Shown here one piece after another: positions 27,068 to 35,862 of a DNA stretch of 64,000 bases (position 1 is its first letter; each line of letters opens with the position of its first letter). Made by a program: the position numbers and the translations under genes. The stretch comes from Candidatus Omnitrophota bacterium (GTDB taxonomy: Bacteria > Omnitrophota > Gorgyraeia > Zapsychrales > Aceulaceae), in NCBI GenBank assembly GCA_029564765.1, contig JAKQPK010000023.1, positions 163,640 to 227,639 of the forward strand, in the 5' to 3' direction. The notes below the pieces were generated by a model. It saw only the letters and a program-made list of their open reading frames with translations, searched no databases and was not told the DNA's origin.

Positions 27068-28252
27068 TTAAATTTTCTCCTTTAACGCCACGATGCCGGG
27101 AAGTTTTTTGCCTTCTAAATACTCCAACGACGCCCCTCCGCCGGTAGAAATATGCGTCATGGATTCCTCCACGCCAAACTTGCTCACGGCCGCCGCCGAA
27201 TCCCCACCGCCGACGATGGTCACCGCGCCCTTCAACCCCGCCAAATGCTGCGCAACGGCCTTTGTACCCTGGGCATACGCGTCCGTTTCAAAAACCCCCA
27301 CCGGCCCGTTCCAGACAATGGTCTTGGCCGCTGATAAGATCTTGTTAAAATTCTCCTGTGTCTTTGGCCCGATATCGACCGCCATCCACCCGTCAGGGAT
27401 CTGAGCCACGATCTTTTTAGTCTCGGGCTTGTCAAACTTTTCCACGACCAAATGATCGACCGGAAGCTCGATCACGACATTCATCTTGGCCGCTTTTTCT
27501 AGCAATGCCTTGGCCACGTCGACCTTATCCGCCTCAAGCTTAGAACTGCCGATCCCCTCACCCTTCGCCTTTAAAAATGTGTACGCCATACCGCCGCCGA
27601 TCAAAAGCGCGTTGGCTTTAGCGAGCAGATTCTCGACGAGCATGATCTTATCCGACACCTTGGCCCCACCTAAAATGACCGCAAAAGGCCGCGTTGGATT
27701 TTCGACCGCCTGACCCAGATACTGGATCTCTTTCTCGATCAAAAACCCCGCCACGCCGGGTAAATATTTGGCGATGCCTTCTGTGGAGGCATGCGCGCGA
27801 TGCGCGGTCCCGAACGCGTCATTGACATAAATATCCGCGAGCTCTGAGAGTTTCTTCGCGAATTCAGGATTATTTTTCTCTTCTTCTTTGTGGAAGCGAA
27901 GGTTCTCTAACAGGACGATCTTCTCGCTCGCAGCGCTGATCGCTGCTTTGACATTATCGCCAACACACTCATTGAGGATGAGGACTTTTTGCTTTAAAAG
28001 CTCTTCAATGCGCTTTCCCACCGGTGCCAAGCGCATACTCTCGACCACCGCCCCATCAGGACGCCCCAAATGGCTCATCAAGATAACCTTGTCAGCGCCT
28101 TTTTCCAGGATGTATTTGATCGTGGGCAGGGATTCTTGGATGCGTCGATCGTCGGTGATCTTTAAGCCCTTATCCAGAGGGACGTTAAAATCCGCACGGA
28201 TAATGACCTTTTTGCCTTTGACATCAATATCTTTGACCGTCATTTTATTCAT
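27068..28252 (-). CDS. pgk: Phosphoglycerate kinase
   Basis: 394 aa. The N-terminus VIIRADFNVP and the core GGGASLE..GK are Pgk signatures. Confidence 0.9.
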   Translation of the reverse strand: MNKMTVKDIDVKGKKVIIRADFNVPLDKGLKITDDRRIQESLPTIKYILEKGADKVILMSHLGRPDGAVVESMRLAPVGKRIEELLKQKVLILNECVGDNVKAAISAASEKIVLLENLRFHKEEEKNNPEFAKKLSELADIYVNDAFGTAHRAHASTEGIAKYLPGVAGFLIEKEIQYLGQAVENPTRPFAVILGGAKVSDKIMLVENLLAKANALLIGGGMAYTFLKAKGEGIGSSKLEADKVDVAKALLEKAAKMNVVIELPVDHLVVEKFDKPETKKIVAQIPDGWMAVDIGPKTQENFNKILSAAKTIVWNGPVGVFETDAYAQGTKAVAQHLAGLKGAVTIVGGGDSAAAVSKFGVEESMTHISTGGGASLEYLEGKKLPGIVALKEKI

Positions 28253-28390
28253 AAAAACCTTCCCTTTTTGGATAAAATTTCGATAAAAAAGGTTAACAAC
28301 GAGGCCAACAAAATTAGGATTATTATATATATTTCTATTATTTTGTCAATGAAGCAACTGCCGCGATCTTAAGGCCGCAGGCTCGAAAGA

Positions 28391-29140
28391 TCAGCCCTTC
28401 AAAGAGGTGAACATCGGATCAAAACGCAGTCCTGCCTTGGCCAAAACATAGCGAAGGGTCGTGCGCAAGACCGCCAACCCATAGATAACGCTTCGTTGAA
28501 AACTGATCGAGGAACAATCCTGATTATACGAGCATGGCGCGCTGATCTCCCCGATACGGTAGCCAAAATAAAACACCTGCGTTAAGATCTCATTATCAAA
28601 AACAAAATCATCCGAATTCCTCGCAAGATCAACCCGCTCCAAAACTTCCCTGGAATACGCGCGAAAGCCGGTGTGATACTCCGAAAGCTTCTGGCCTGTG
28701 CAGACATTCTCAAGCGCCGTCAATAAACGATTAGCAACGTACTTATAAAAAGGCATGCCACCCTTAAGGGCGTAGCCTCCAAGAATACGTGAGCCCAAAA
28801 CCACATCGAACATCCCCGTAGCGATCAAAGACGCCATGGGTCCGACGAGCTTAGGCGGATATTGATAATCCGGATGCAGCATCACAACGATATCCGCGCC
28901 ACGCGCTAAGGCTTCTTTGTAGCAGGTCTTCTGGTTGCCGCCATAACCAAGGTTTTTAGGATGAACAACGACGGTCAATCCAAGTGTCCTAGCCAGCTCC
29001 ACGGTCTTGTCGCTTGAGCGGTCGTCAACGAGGATCACTTCATCAACGACATCCCGCGAGATCTCCGCGCAGGTGCGCTCTAAGGTCTTTTCCGCGTTAT
29101 ACGCCGGCAGGACAACAATGATCTTTTTGTTGGATATCAT
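28391..29140 (-). CDS. GT2 glycosyltransferase, polyprenyl-phosphate sugar synthase-like (DPM1/ArnC/GtrB type)
   Basis: 249 aa. The N-terminus [14 protein letters not shown] is followed by a DxD motif (VDDRSSD). The size and motif arrangement match the DPM1-like subfamily. Confidence 0.75.
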   Translation of the reverse strand: MISNKKIIVVLPAYNAEKTLERTCAEISRDVVDEVILVDDRSSDKTVELARTLGLTVVVHPKNLGYGGNQKTCYKEALARGADIVVMLHPDYQYPPKLVGPMASLIATGMFDVVLGSRILGGYALKGGMPFYKYVANRLLTALENVCTGQKLSEYHTGFRAYSREVLERVDLARNSDDFVFDNEILTQVFYFGYRIGEISAPCSYNQDCSSISFQRSVIYGLAVLRTTLRYVLAKAGLRFDPMFTSLKG

Positions 29141-29321
29141 GGACGTTACTTTCTAACGATCTTTCCGGGCCGCGTAAAAGATAGACGCTGCCAGCCGCCA
29201 GAAGCTAATTGTTTGTGCTGGATCATCGCTAAATTTTCATCGAGCACAATATTTTCCCTAACGATCTTCATAGCATGGATTATAACGTATCAGGTCTGAT
29301 AAACCTATGACTTATTTTACT

Positions 29322-30593
29322 CTATTCTTGCAATTGTTTATGCAAAAGGATACGCTCCAGCGCCACGGCCACCCCCAGCATCACCCAAAACAGAACGCTC
29401 AGCTGCAAAGAATAAAGTTGCGTATCAAAGAAGCTGGCCACTAAAAACCCAAAAAGCCCCGCTGTCAGCCCGCCTAAAAGAATGCCCAGGTCATCATCCT
29501 TGCTCCTGAGGCTGATCCGTATCCCGCGATAAAGGACAAACCCTGCCAGCAACAAGAAAGTCAGCAAGGTGAACATCCCCGTCTCCGCCCACATCTGCAA
29601 ATAACAATTATGCGCGTAATGACTTCCGACGTCGCTTGCGATATCTTTCTTCGAGTGGTCCATATAGGTTCCCAAGCCTTTACCTAAGAATGGATTTTCC
29701 TGGATCATCGTGATGCTTTCACGCCAAATAATGAATCTTTCCGAATCCCATCCAGCGCGAAAAGAATACACAAGCCTCTGCGTAAAAGGAAAGAACAAAA
29801 GCAAGCTGAGAACAAAGACCGCAAAAAGAGACAGCAATAATTTCTTTTTATCAAACAAAAACATCATCACTACTGATCCAGCTACAAACCCCAACCATCC
29901 AGCTCTAGAAAAAGTAAAAAGAAGCCCGACCAACAAGATCAGTCCAACGCCCAACAAAGAAAAATTCAAAGCTTTTCTTGGCCATTTCCAAGATGCCAAG
30001 GCGATCACAACACACAAGCAAATGACCAAATAAGGCGAAAAGCTGTTCGGATTCTCAAAAGGGCCGGTCACAATACCTCCAGCGATAGGCCTTTGCCTGA
30101 AAAACTCAAACCCAAAGAATTTCTGGCTCAAAGCCGATAGCCCAACAAGCGCGGCGCCAAAAACAAAGACATAAATGAATCGTTTGATCGACCTTGCTCT
30201 TTTAAAATGATCGATAGCGATCGCAAAAAGAAGAAAATATTCTAACCACTTACAAAACAATGTCTTTATCCCCTTGCCCAACAATGGCCCGCTATTGGCC
30301 AGCGACATCGCGTTGAACACAAAAAAGATCAAAAGAAGCCAAAAGATCCCCGCGTCCGACTTAAAGCTCGAGAGATCTTTGCTGATGCTTTTGCGGATCA
30401 GAAACCCTAACAAAATAAAACCCGCGCATGTCTCTATCAAAGCTTTGGAGATCGGAAGAAAGAATATCAACCCATAAAAACCATACTCAACAAGTTTTCC
30501 GGCAATATTGGCAGCTCGAAAGCGATCCATTCTCAAGAATTCCCGAATGCGCGTCATTGCTGACCGTTGATATCCTAAATCGTTATTATTCAC
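29322..30593 (-). CDS. Wzy_C-family membrane protein (O-antigen ligase / O-oligosaccharyltransferase family)
   Basis: 423 aa with about 10 TM helices. The Wzy_C signature region FTFSRAGWLGFVAGSVV precedes a periplasmic loop. Confidence 0.65.
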   Translation of the reverse strand: MNNNDLGYQRSAMTRIREFLRMDRFRAANIAGKLVEYGFYGLIFFLPISKALIETCAGFILLGFLIRKSISKDLSSFKSDAGIFWLLLIFFVFNAMSLANSGPLLGKGIKTLFCKWLEYFLLFAIAIDHFKRARSIKRFIYVFVFGAALVGLSALSQKFFGFEFFRQRPIAGGIVTGPFENPNSFSPYLVICLCVVIALASWKWPRKALNFSLLGVGLILLVGLLFTFSRAGWLGFVAGSVVMMFLFDKKKLLLSLFAVFVLSLLLFFPFTQRLVYSFRAGWDSERFIIWRESITMIQENPFLGKGLGTYMDHSKKDIASDVGSHYAHNCYLQMWAETGMFTLLTFLLLAGFVLYRGIRISLRSKDDDLGILLGGLTAGLFGFLVASFFDTQLYSLQLSVLFWVMLGVAVALERILLHKQLQE

Positions 30594-31923
30594 GACCTAA
30601 AACCTTTTCATTGATACCCATGGCCATAAAAAGCCAGAACATAGCCGCATCCTGAAACCCCACAAGGATGCTCGAGATACCTAAGTTACAAAGCAGAACA
30701 ATAAAAATAGCAGATCCTAACCCTGCAAAAATAGAATATTCAAGGCTTCCCTTTCTTAGCCAAGACAGAAAATCATTGAAAAACTTTTTTAAGAACATCG
30801 TAATGATCATAAAAAAGGCCAGAAGACCAGCCAAGCCCATCTCAGAGAGGATCTCAAGATAAATGACATGCGTGTGAATGTGAGGATCACATCCAGGGCC
30901 AGGTTTGTGCAGTTTCTCGAACATTCCCGGTCCGGCACCAAGGAGAGGTTGTTTTTTGAACATCGCAAACGCGGAATTTGCCAGATCTATACGCTGATGC
31001 AGAGATTCGATGCGTGGGTGAACGGCGGGCTGGTCGGCAGTGCCTTGCGATTCATAGGAAGCGAGCGCCGGAAAAACGTCCAAAACGGTTTTTGCCCTCT
31101 CTTTTTGAAGACTCGACATAAACGCTGGTGTCGCGATAACCACGGCTAAGAAAAAAAAGAAAGATCTTCTGTCCTTAAGAAAGCAGATCAACAAAGCAAC
31201 AGGGATGATGACGATCCACACTGTCCTTGACGCGTGAAAGACCAAAACAGGATAAAGCAAAACGATATTGACCAATCCCCATAATTTAAAAAATTTTTTT
31301 TCCTGATTAAGAAAAACAACCAAACTAAAAGGAAAAAGAAAGCACAGATAAACCGCCAGATTGATCTGCTGTCCAAAGACACTAAAGAGTCTCTCTGGGG
31401 CAAGTCTAAAATGATCGAACAACCCTCCCGCTCCAACGATCGTTGCCAAAGCAAGGATCGAAAATGTGAGATACAAAAAATTCTGCCGCGATCGTGAAGT
31501 AACGCCATACGTGATCCAAAAGAAAATGACATAAAAAAGATACCTTTGAAAAAAGATCTTCTGGCTATGATACGGATCAACGCTGAACAAAACGGATGCC
31601 AAGGCAACGGCAAGGAACACAGCCAAACTTTTATTAAGGGTTGTGCTTGGAATAAGATACCGATAAAATTTACTTCGATACTGGACGATGTTTAAGCTGA
31701 TCCAAAAAAGCGAACTCCAAAAAAAAGAGATCTTAGAAAAGACAGCGCTAAATGGACTAAAAAGGACGAACGAGCAAATATTCAAGACAAGCGCTTTTTC
31801 AAGGAATCCAGCCAAAACAATTCTTTTTTCTAAAAAAAAATCGCAAGCCGACCTAAAAAATCCTGTCATGCAACCCCCTTTAACAATATCTTCCTCAACT
31901 TCCAGGCTTAGCAATAACGACAA
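30586..31923 (-). CDS. Second Wzy_C-family membrane protein (a tandem paralog of the previous gene)
   Basis: 445 aa, polytopic, with a Wzy_C-like core (HASRTVWIVIIPVALLI). It overlaps the downstream paralog by 8 nt. Confidence 0.55.
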   Translation of the reverse strand: MSLLLSLEVEEDIVKGGCMTGFFRSACDFFLEKRIVLAGFLEKALVLNICSFVLFSPFSAVFSKISFFWSSLFWISLNIVQYRSKFYRYLIPSTTLNKSLAVFLAVALASVLFSVDPYHSQKIFFQRYLFYVIFFWITYGVTSRSRQNFLYLTFSILALATIVGAGGLFDHFRLAPERLFSVFGQQINLAVYLCFLFPFSLVVFLNQEKKFFKLWGLVNIVLLYPVLVFHASRTVWIVIIPVALLICFLKDRRSFFFFLAVVIATPAFMSSLQKERAKTVLDVFPALASYESQGTADQPAVHPRIESLHQRIDLANSAFAMFKKQPLLGAGPGMFEKLHKPGPGCDPHIHTHVIYLEILSEMGLAGLLAFFMIITMFLKKFFNDFLSWLRKGSLEYSIFAGLGSAIFIVLLCNLGISSILVGFQDAAMFWLFMAMGINEKVLGRE

Positions 31924-31977
31924 GGATCGTCCTTGCCAAGATCTTAATGTTCAACAATAAAGTTCGACTCCGAATAT

Positions 31978-32025
31978 AGAGATAATCATAGCGCAGTTTG
32001 TGCCGCGGCGCTGTATGATAATCTC
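31978..32025. repeat. Imperfect inverted repeat (hairpin) in the intergenic region downstream of the CapD-like gene
   Basis: The arms agagataatcatagcgc and gcgctgtatgataatctc are near-reverse-complements with one bulge and one mismatch, separated by a GC-rich spacer. They may form a terminator or operator. Confidence 0.3.
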
Positions 32026-32075
32026 CCTCTATCTGTGCCAGGCCGGTCAGCCCCGGCACGTGCTAAGGCAGGACT

Positions 32076-33911
32076 CTAATCTATAGCGTCCGATACGATC
32101 TGCTGTAGAAGCTCCCGAACCTTTTTGTGATCATATGCTTGCGCGCAAGCCAAAAGGCCGCGGATCTTCTTCCGTAAAGCTTTTATATCAAAAGTATCCG
32201 CGGGGGCGACAAAGATCTTGTCGTATTTTGTTGCCGCGTCCAGCTCTCTGTTCAAGAACAGCTCCTCTTTAAGCTTTTCCCCTGGGCGAAGCCCAACAAA
32301 TGAGATCTGGATGTCCTTCTCCGGAACAAGGCCGGAAAGAATGATCAACTCTTTTGCCAGGTCAACTATTTTGATCTGCTCGCCCATGTCCAAGACAAAG
32401 ATCTCTCCGCCCTGACCGATCACGCTCGCCTGCAAAACAAGCAGAACCGCCTCATGAACGCTCATAAAGTACCTTTGGGCCTGCAGATGCGTGACCGTGA
32501 CCGGGCCGCCCTCTTCAATTTGCTTTAAAAATAACGGGACAATGCTCCCCGCGGAACCAAGGACATTGCCAAAACGAACAGCCATAAATTTCGTCCGGCT
32601 CTTCTTCGCCTTAGCCTGCAAAAGCATCTCGGCAACACGCTTGGTAGCCCCCATCACGCTGGAGGGATGGACAGCCTTATCCGTCGAGATCAGAATAAAG
32701 CGTTCGACCCTATAGTGATGCGAGGCATAGATCAGGTTGCCTGTACCTAAAACATTATTCTTAACGGCCGCGGCAGGATTTTCCTCTAATAGCGGAACAT
32801 GCTTATGCGCGGCGGCATGAAAAACAACCTGAGGCTTATAACGAGAAAAGGCATGCTTGAGCACGCCAACGTCCTTGATATCCCCAATAACAGTTGTAAA
32901 ACGAATATGAGGATGTTTGGTAAGAAAATCGATCGTTAAGAAATATACGTCATTCTCATTGTGATCAAACAAGATGATCTCTTGGGGTTCAAAACGCGCG
33001 ATCTGCTTGCATAAAGCCGATCCGATCGATCCTCCCGCGCCCGTGACCAAAACGACCTTGCCCTTAAGATACGTGCTGATCGTCTGCTCATCCACGTGAA
33101 CGGTTTCTCTGCCGAGGAGATCTTCAGGCGTGATGGCCCGAGGCTTTACCTCTTGCTCACCGCTTAATATTTTTTGCAAGCCTGGGACAATGCGGATCTT
33201 AATGGACGGGATCTGACAGCATGAGATAATGCTGCGGATCTCTTCACCCTTGGCTGAAGGAATAGCCAAGACGATCTCTTCGACCTCATAACGCTCAACA
33301 AGAGCCGGGATATCATGGCGCCCACCCAGGATCCTAACACCTTGAATACAAAGATTCTTTTTATGCGGATCATCATCAACAAAGCCTATGACATCAATAT
33401 TTGCCTGAGGGTTGTTGCGCGCCTCGCGTAACACCAAAACGCCTGCCTCGCCAGCGCCAACGACCAAGACCTTTTTTCTCTTCCTGGTGAACATGGGACG
33501 AAATCGTTCACGAAAAAAACGAACCGCGAAACGGACCCCGGCCATTAAAAAAAAGCTGATGATGCAGTCTAAGACGATGACCGAACGAGGAAGGCCGGTT
33601 CTTGGAAAAAACAATTTTAACCCTGCAACAAAAATGATGGTCGATAAAAAATTGGCCTTGGCAATTCTCCAGATATCATCGATGCCGGCATATTTCCAAA
33701 GCCCTGAAAAAAGACTGTGGTACGCAAGAAGCAGGAATTTAATGATCAAAAGAAACGGAAGGGTTCGCCAGATCACCGGCCAATACCCGTGATCAAGCTT
33801 GAAATCAAACCGTAGATAAAACGCTAAAAGATAGGCAGCAAGAACCAATATCAAATGAAGAAAAATGGCCAAAGGCCGCCTGAATTTTAGGATCAACGCC
33901 TTGATATGCAT
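32076..33911 (-). CDS. Membrane-anchored NDP-sugar 4,6-dehydratase (CapD / WbpM / PglF family)
   Basis: 611 aa. Four N-terminal TM helices are followed by two Rossmann domains (VLVVGAGEAG... and VLVTGAGGSIGSALCKQI). The family core HAAAHKHVPLLEENP is present. Confidence 0.85.
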   Translation of the reverse strand: MHIKALILKFRRPLAIFLHLILVLAAYLLAFYLRFDFKLDHGYWPVIWRTLPFLLIIKFLLLAYHSLFSGLWKYAGIDDIWRIAKANFLSTIIFVAGLKLFFPRTGLPRSVIVLDCIISFFLMAGVRFAVRFFRERFRPMFTRKRKKVLVVGAGEAGVLVLREARNNPQANIDVIGFVDDDPHKKNLCIQGVRILGGRHDIPALVERYEVEEIVLAIPSAKGEEIRSIISCCQIPSIKIRIVPGLQKILSGEQEVKPRAITPEDLLGRETVHVDEQTISTYLKGKVVLVTGAGGSIGSALCKQIARFEPQEIILFDHNENDVYFLTIDFLTKHPHIRFTTVIGDIKDVGVLKHAFSRYKPQVVFHAAAHKHVPLLEENPAAAVKNNVLGTGNLIYASHHYRVERFILISTDKAVHPSSVMGATKRVAEMLLQAKAKKSRTKFMAVRFGNVLGSAGSIVPLFLKQIEEGGPVTVTHLQAQRYFMSVHEAVLLVLQASVIGQGGEIFVLDMGEQIKIVDLAKELIILSGLVPEKDIQISFVGLRPGEKLKEELFLNRELDAATKYDKIFVAPADTFDIKALRKKIRGLLACAQAYDHKKVRELLQQIVSDAID

Positions 33912-34051
33912 AAGGTTATATTATATCCTTTTAGAAAATTATCAACTATCTTGAATGTAAAAATATGCACATCTATGCTTCACCTACACCCCAAGGATCA
34001 AATACTAAACACTAAATCCTGAATACTAAATACCAGATACTATATACCAGA

Positions 34052-34086
34052 CACAAAACTCTAAATTCTAAACTCTAAATACTGCA
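34052..34086. repeat. Left copy of a ~35-bp imperfect direct repeat, embedded in CTAAAT/ACTAAAT-rich AT-rich DNA (33990-34110)
   Basis: The left copy acacaaaactctaaattctaaactctaaatact matches the right copy at 35208-35240 (acacaaaacactaacttctaagctctaaacact). By my hand alignment about 29 of 33 positions are identical. The surrounding DNA is full of ACTAAAT/CTAAAT iterations. Confidence 0.45.
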
Positions 34087-34118
34087 TACTAAATGCTATA
34101 TACTCTCTACTCCATCCT

Positions 34119-35201
34119 CTATTCCTCTTCATAAAGCTTTGCATACCCCCGCTCAAGAAGCTCCTGATTAAGATAGGTTCCCTGTTGGGCCACGATCTCG
34201 GGATCTTTTTCCGTTAACGAGTAAAAGATGTCCGCCAAATACCTGCCGTATTTATCTTCCCTGTATGTCTTGCAAACAACACAATCAACCTTGTTAAAGA
34301 TCTCTTGCACATATTCTTTGGCCGCCATGCCTAAAACGGTTGACACCTCCGGCGCGTCAATACCGCGCAGGCGCAATTTTTGTTCGATCCACGAATCAAA
34401 TCCCAGATCAACATACAAAACCAAGGTATCCGCGTCCACGATCTTAACAATAGTGGCTTTATATGTGTATAGATACTCTGGATGTTTTGTGGCCCGTCGG
34501 ATAGAATAACCCTCTTTGTCCTTATAAGACGTCACGGGCACAGGACTTCGGTTTGTCTGCCAGTCAGGAATATCCACTTTGCGCAAGATCCCAAAACCCA
34601 TATCCACAAGGGCCTGACGCGGTTGACATGAGATATCTTTACGGAACAAGCACCGATAACGATAAAGCTTGCCGCGCACACAAGCCAGCTCTCCGGGCTT
34701 GGCTAAGGCCGTAAGCTGGCCCGCCTCTTTTTTCTTTTCCTGGGTGATCTTATCCATAAAGATCAGCTGATATAATTTTTGGGATGACAACCCCTCTCTG
34801 ATCGCCTGCTGTTCGAATCGCTGACGCTGACGCGCGTCATCAACGCGGATCAGATCGGAATAATGGCTCCAGGTCAAAGGTGTTGTCGGCAGAGAGGGAT
34901 AAAAACGGTAAAATTTGGATAGATCGTAGAAAAAACTTGTTGGGCGCTCCAGGTCTTTAGACAGCCGCTCGATCATGCGCGCGCGCTCGCTGCTGTTCTC
35001 AAAATCGCCCGCGAAGGGCTCTTCCAGGATCTTTCCGATATTCCAATGGGTTTGCAAGACTTGCAGGCGGTAGGATTCCTCGATATTGCGCTTGCCCTCT
35101 AAGATCTGCTGCTGGATCTTTGTGAGGATCTCTCGATAAAAATGATTAGAAAGGATCTTGGTCATGAAAAAAGATCTGTACTGCTCTCCTTTACATAACA
35201 C
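34119..35201 (-). CDS. Chimeric predicted nuclease: a YhcG-type DUF1016 N-terminal domain fused to a C-terminal staphylococcal-nuclease (SNase/thermonuclease) domain
   Basis: 360 aa. The N-terminal region matches the DUF1016_N pattern: LQVLQTHWNIGKIL (compare lYWeIGkrI), LSKDLERP, LTWSHYSDLIRVDDARQRQRFEQQAIREGLSSQKL. The C-terminal ~120 aa read VKIVDADTLVLYVDLG...KLRLRGIDAPE followed by the conserved R/Y (DKYGRYLADIF), which is the SNase catalytic core. Canonical YhcG proteins carry a PD-(D/E)xK domain at this position instead. Confidence 0.6.
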   Translation of the reverse strand: MLCKGEQYRSFFMTKILSNHFYREILTKIQQQILEGKRNIEESYRLQVLQTHWNIGKILEEPFAGDFENSSERARMIERLSKDLERPTSFFYDLSKFYRFYPSLPTTPLTWSHYSDLIRVDDARQRQRFEQQAIREGLSSQKLYQLIFMDKITQEKKKEAGQLTALAKPGELACVRGKLYRYRCLFRKDISCQPRQALVDMGFGILRKVDIPDWQTNRSPVPVTSYKDKEGYSIRRATKHPEYLYTYKATIVKIVDADTLVLYVDLGFDSWIEQKLRLRGIDAPEVSTVLGMAAKEYVQEIFNKVDCVVCKTYREDKYGRYLADIFYSLTEKDPEIVAQQGTYLNQELLERGYAKLYEEE

Positions 35202-35207
35202 AAAACA

Positions 35208-35240
35208 CTAACTTCTAAGCTCTAAACACTAAATACCATG
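35208..35240. repeat. Right copy of the ~35-bp direct repeat flanking the nuclease gene
   Basis: See the left copy at 34052-34086. It is followed by aaataccatgtac, which is similar to aaataccagatac near the left copy. Confidence 0.45.
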
Positions 35241-35287
35241 TACTTTTCATGCTTTGCTGTTCACATTTCACTCTTTGCAAGCTTCTC

Positions 35288-35848
35288 TTAATGCCGCACG
35301 CCCTCCTTTTTCACAACCTTCCAAGCGGTGAGAAAAAGAATACGCAGATCAAGCCAAAAACATCGATGCTTAAGATAATATTCATCAAAAGAAACTTTAA
35401 CGGGAATAGGTAGGTCATCTCTGCCATTAACTTGAGCCCAGCCTGTTATACCTGGAACAAGAACATGTACACCCTTCTTCGTGCGCAAGGCCACCAGATC
35501 ATCTTGGTTGAAAAGTGCTGGCCTGGGCCCCACAAAACTCATATCGCCTTTTAAAACATTGAATAATTGCGGCAATTCATCGAGGCTGTATTTGCGCAAA
35601 GCTTCTCCTCCGGGGATCAGATACTGCTGCGGATTCTCCATCAAATGCGTTGCCACTTGAGGTGTATCGATACGCATCGTTCTAAATTTAGCCATTTTAA
35701 AGATCACATTATTACGGCCAATGCGGTCTGTCCAGAAAATGGCAGGACCTTTGGACCTCCCCTTGATCCATAACGCAATGACGATCATAGGGACAGCAAG
35801 TAATATGATTAAAATTACAGATAAAATTAAATCAAAGAAACGTTTCAT
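35288..35848 (-). CDS. Initiating phosphoglycosyltransferase (small bacterial sugar transferase, PglC/WbaP-C-terminal type)
   Basis: 186 aa with a single re-entrant N-terminal helix. It carries the family motifs KRFFDLILS, DELPQLFNVLKGDMSFVGPRP and the C-terminal GITGWAQV. Confidence 0.85.
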   Translation of the reverse strand: MKRFFDLILSVILIILLAVPMIVIALWIKGRSKGPAIFWTDRIGRNNVIFKMAKFRTMRIDTPQVATHLMENPQQYLIPGGEALRKYSLDELPQLFNVLKGDMSFVGPRPALFNQDDLVALRTKKGVHVLVPGITGWAQVNGRDDLPIPVKVSFDEYYLKHRCFWLDLRILFLTAWKVVKKEGVRH

Positions 35849-35862
35849 GTTTATTGAAAGTG

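Noticed and set aside
29148-29268. Possible 40-aa minus-strand small ORF (MKIVRENIVLDENLAMIQHKQLASGGWQRLSF...) in the GT2/Wzy_C spacer
   Set aside because: It is below the size cut-off, with no motif or clear RBS, and cannot be supported from sequence alone.
31188-31613. 141-aa minus-strand ORF nested in the second Wzy_C gene
   Set aside because: It is in a different frame within a polytopic membrane protein gene and looks spurious.
33412-33792. 126-aa plus-strand ORF opposite the CapD-like gene
   Set aside because: It is antisense to a confident CDS.
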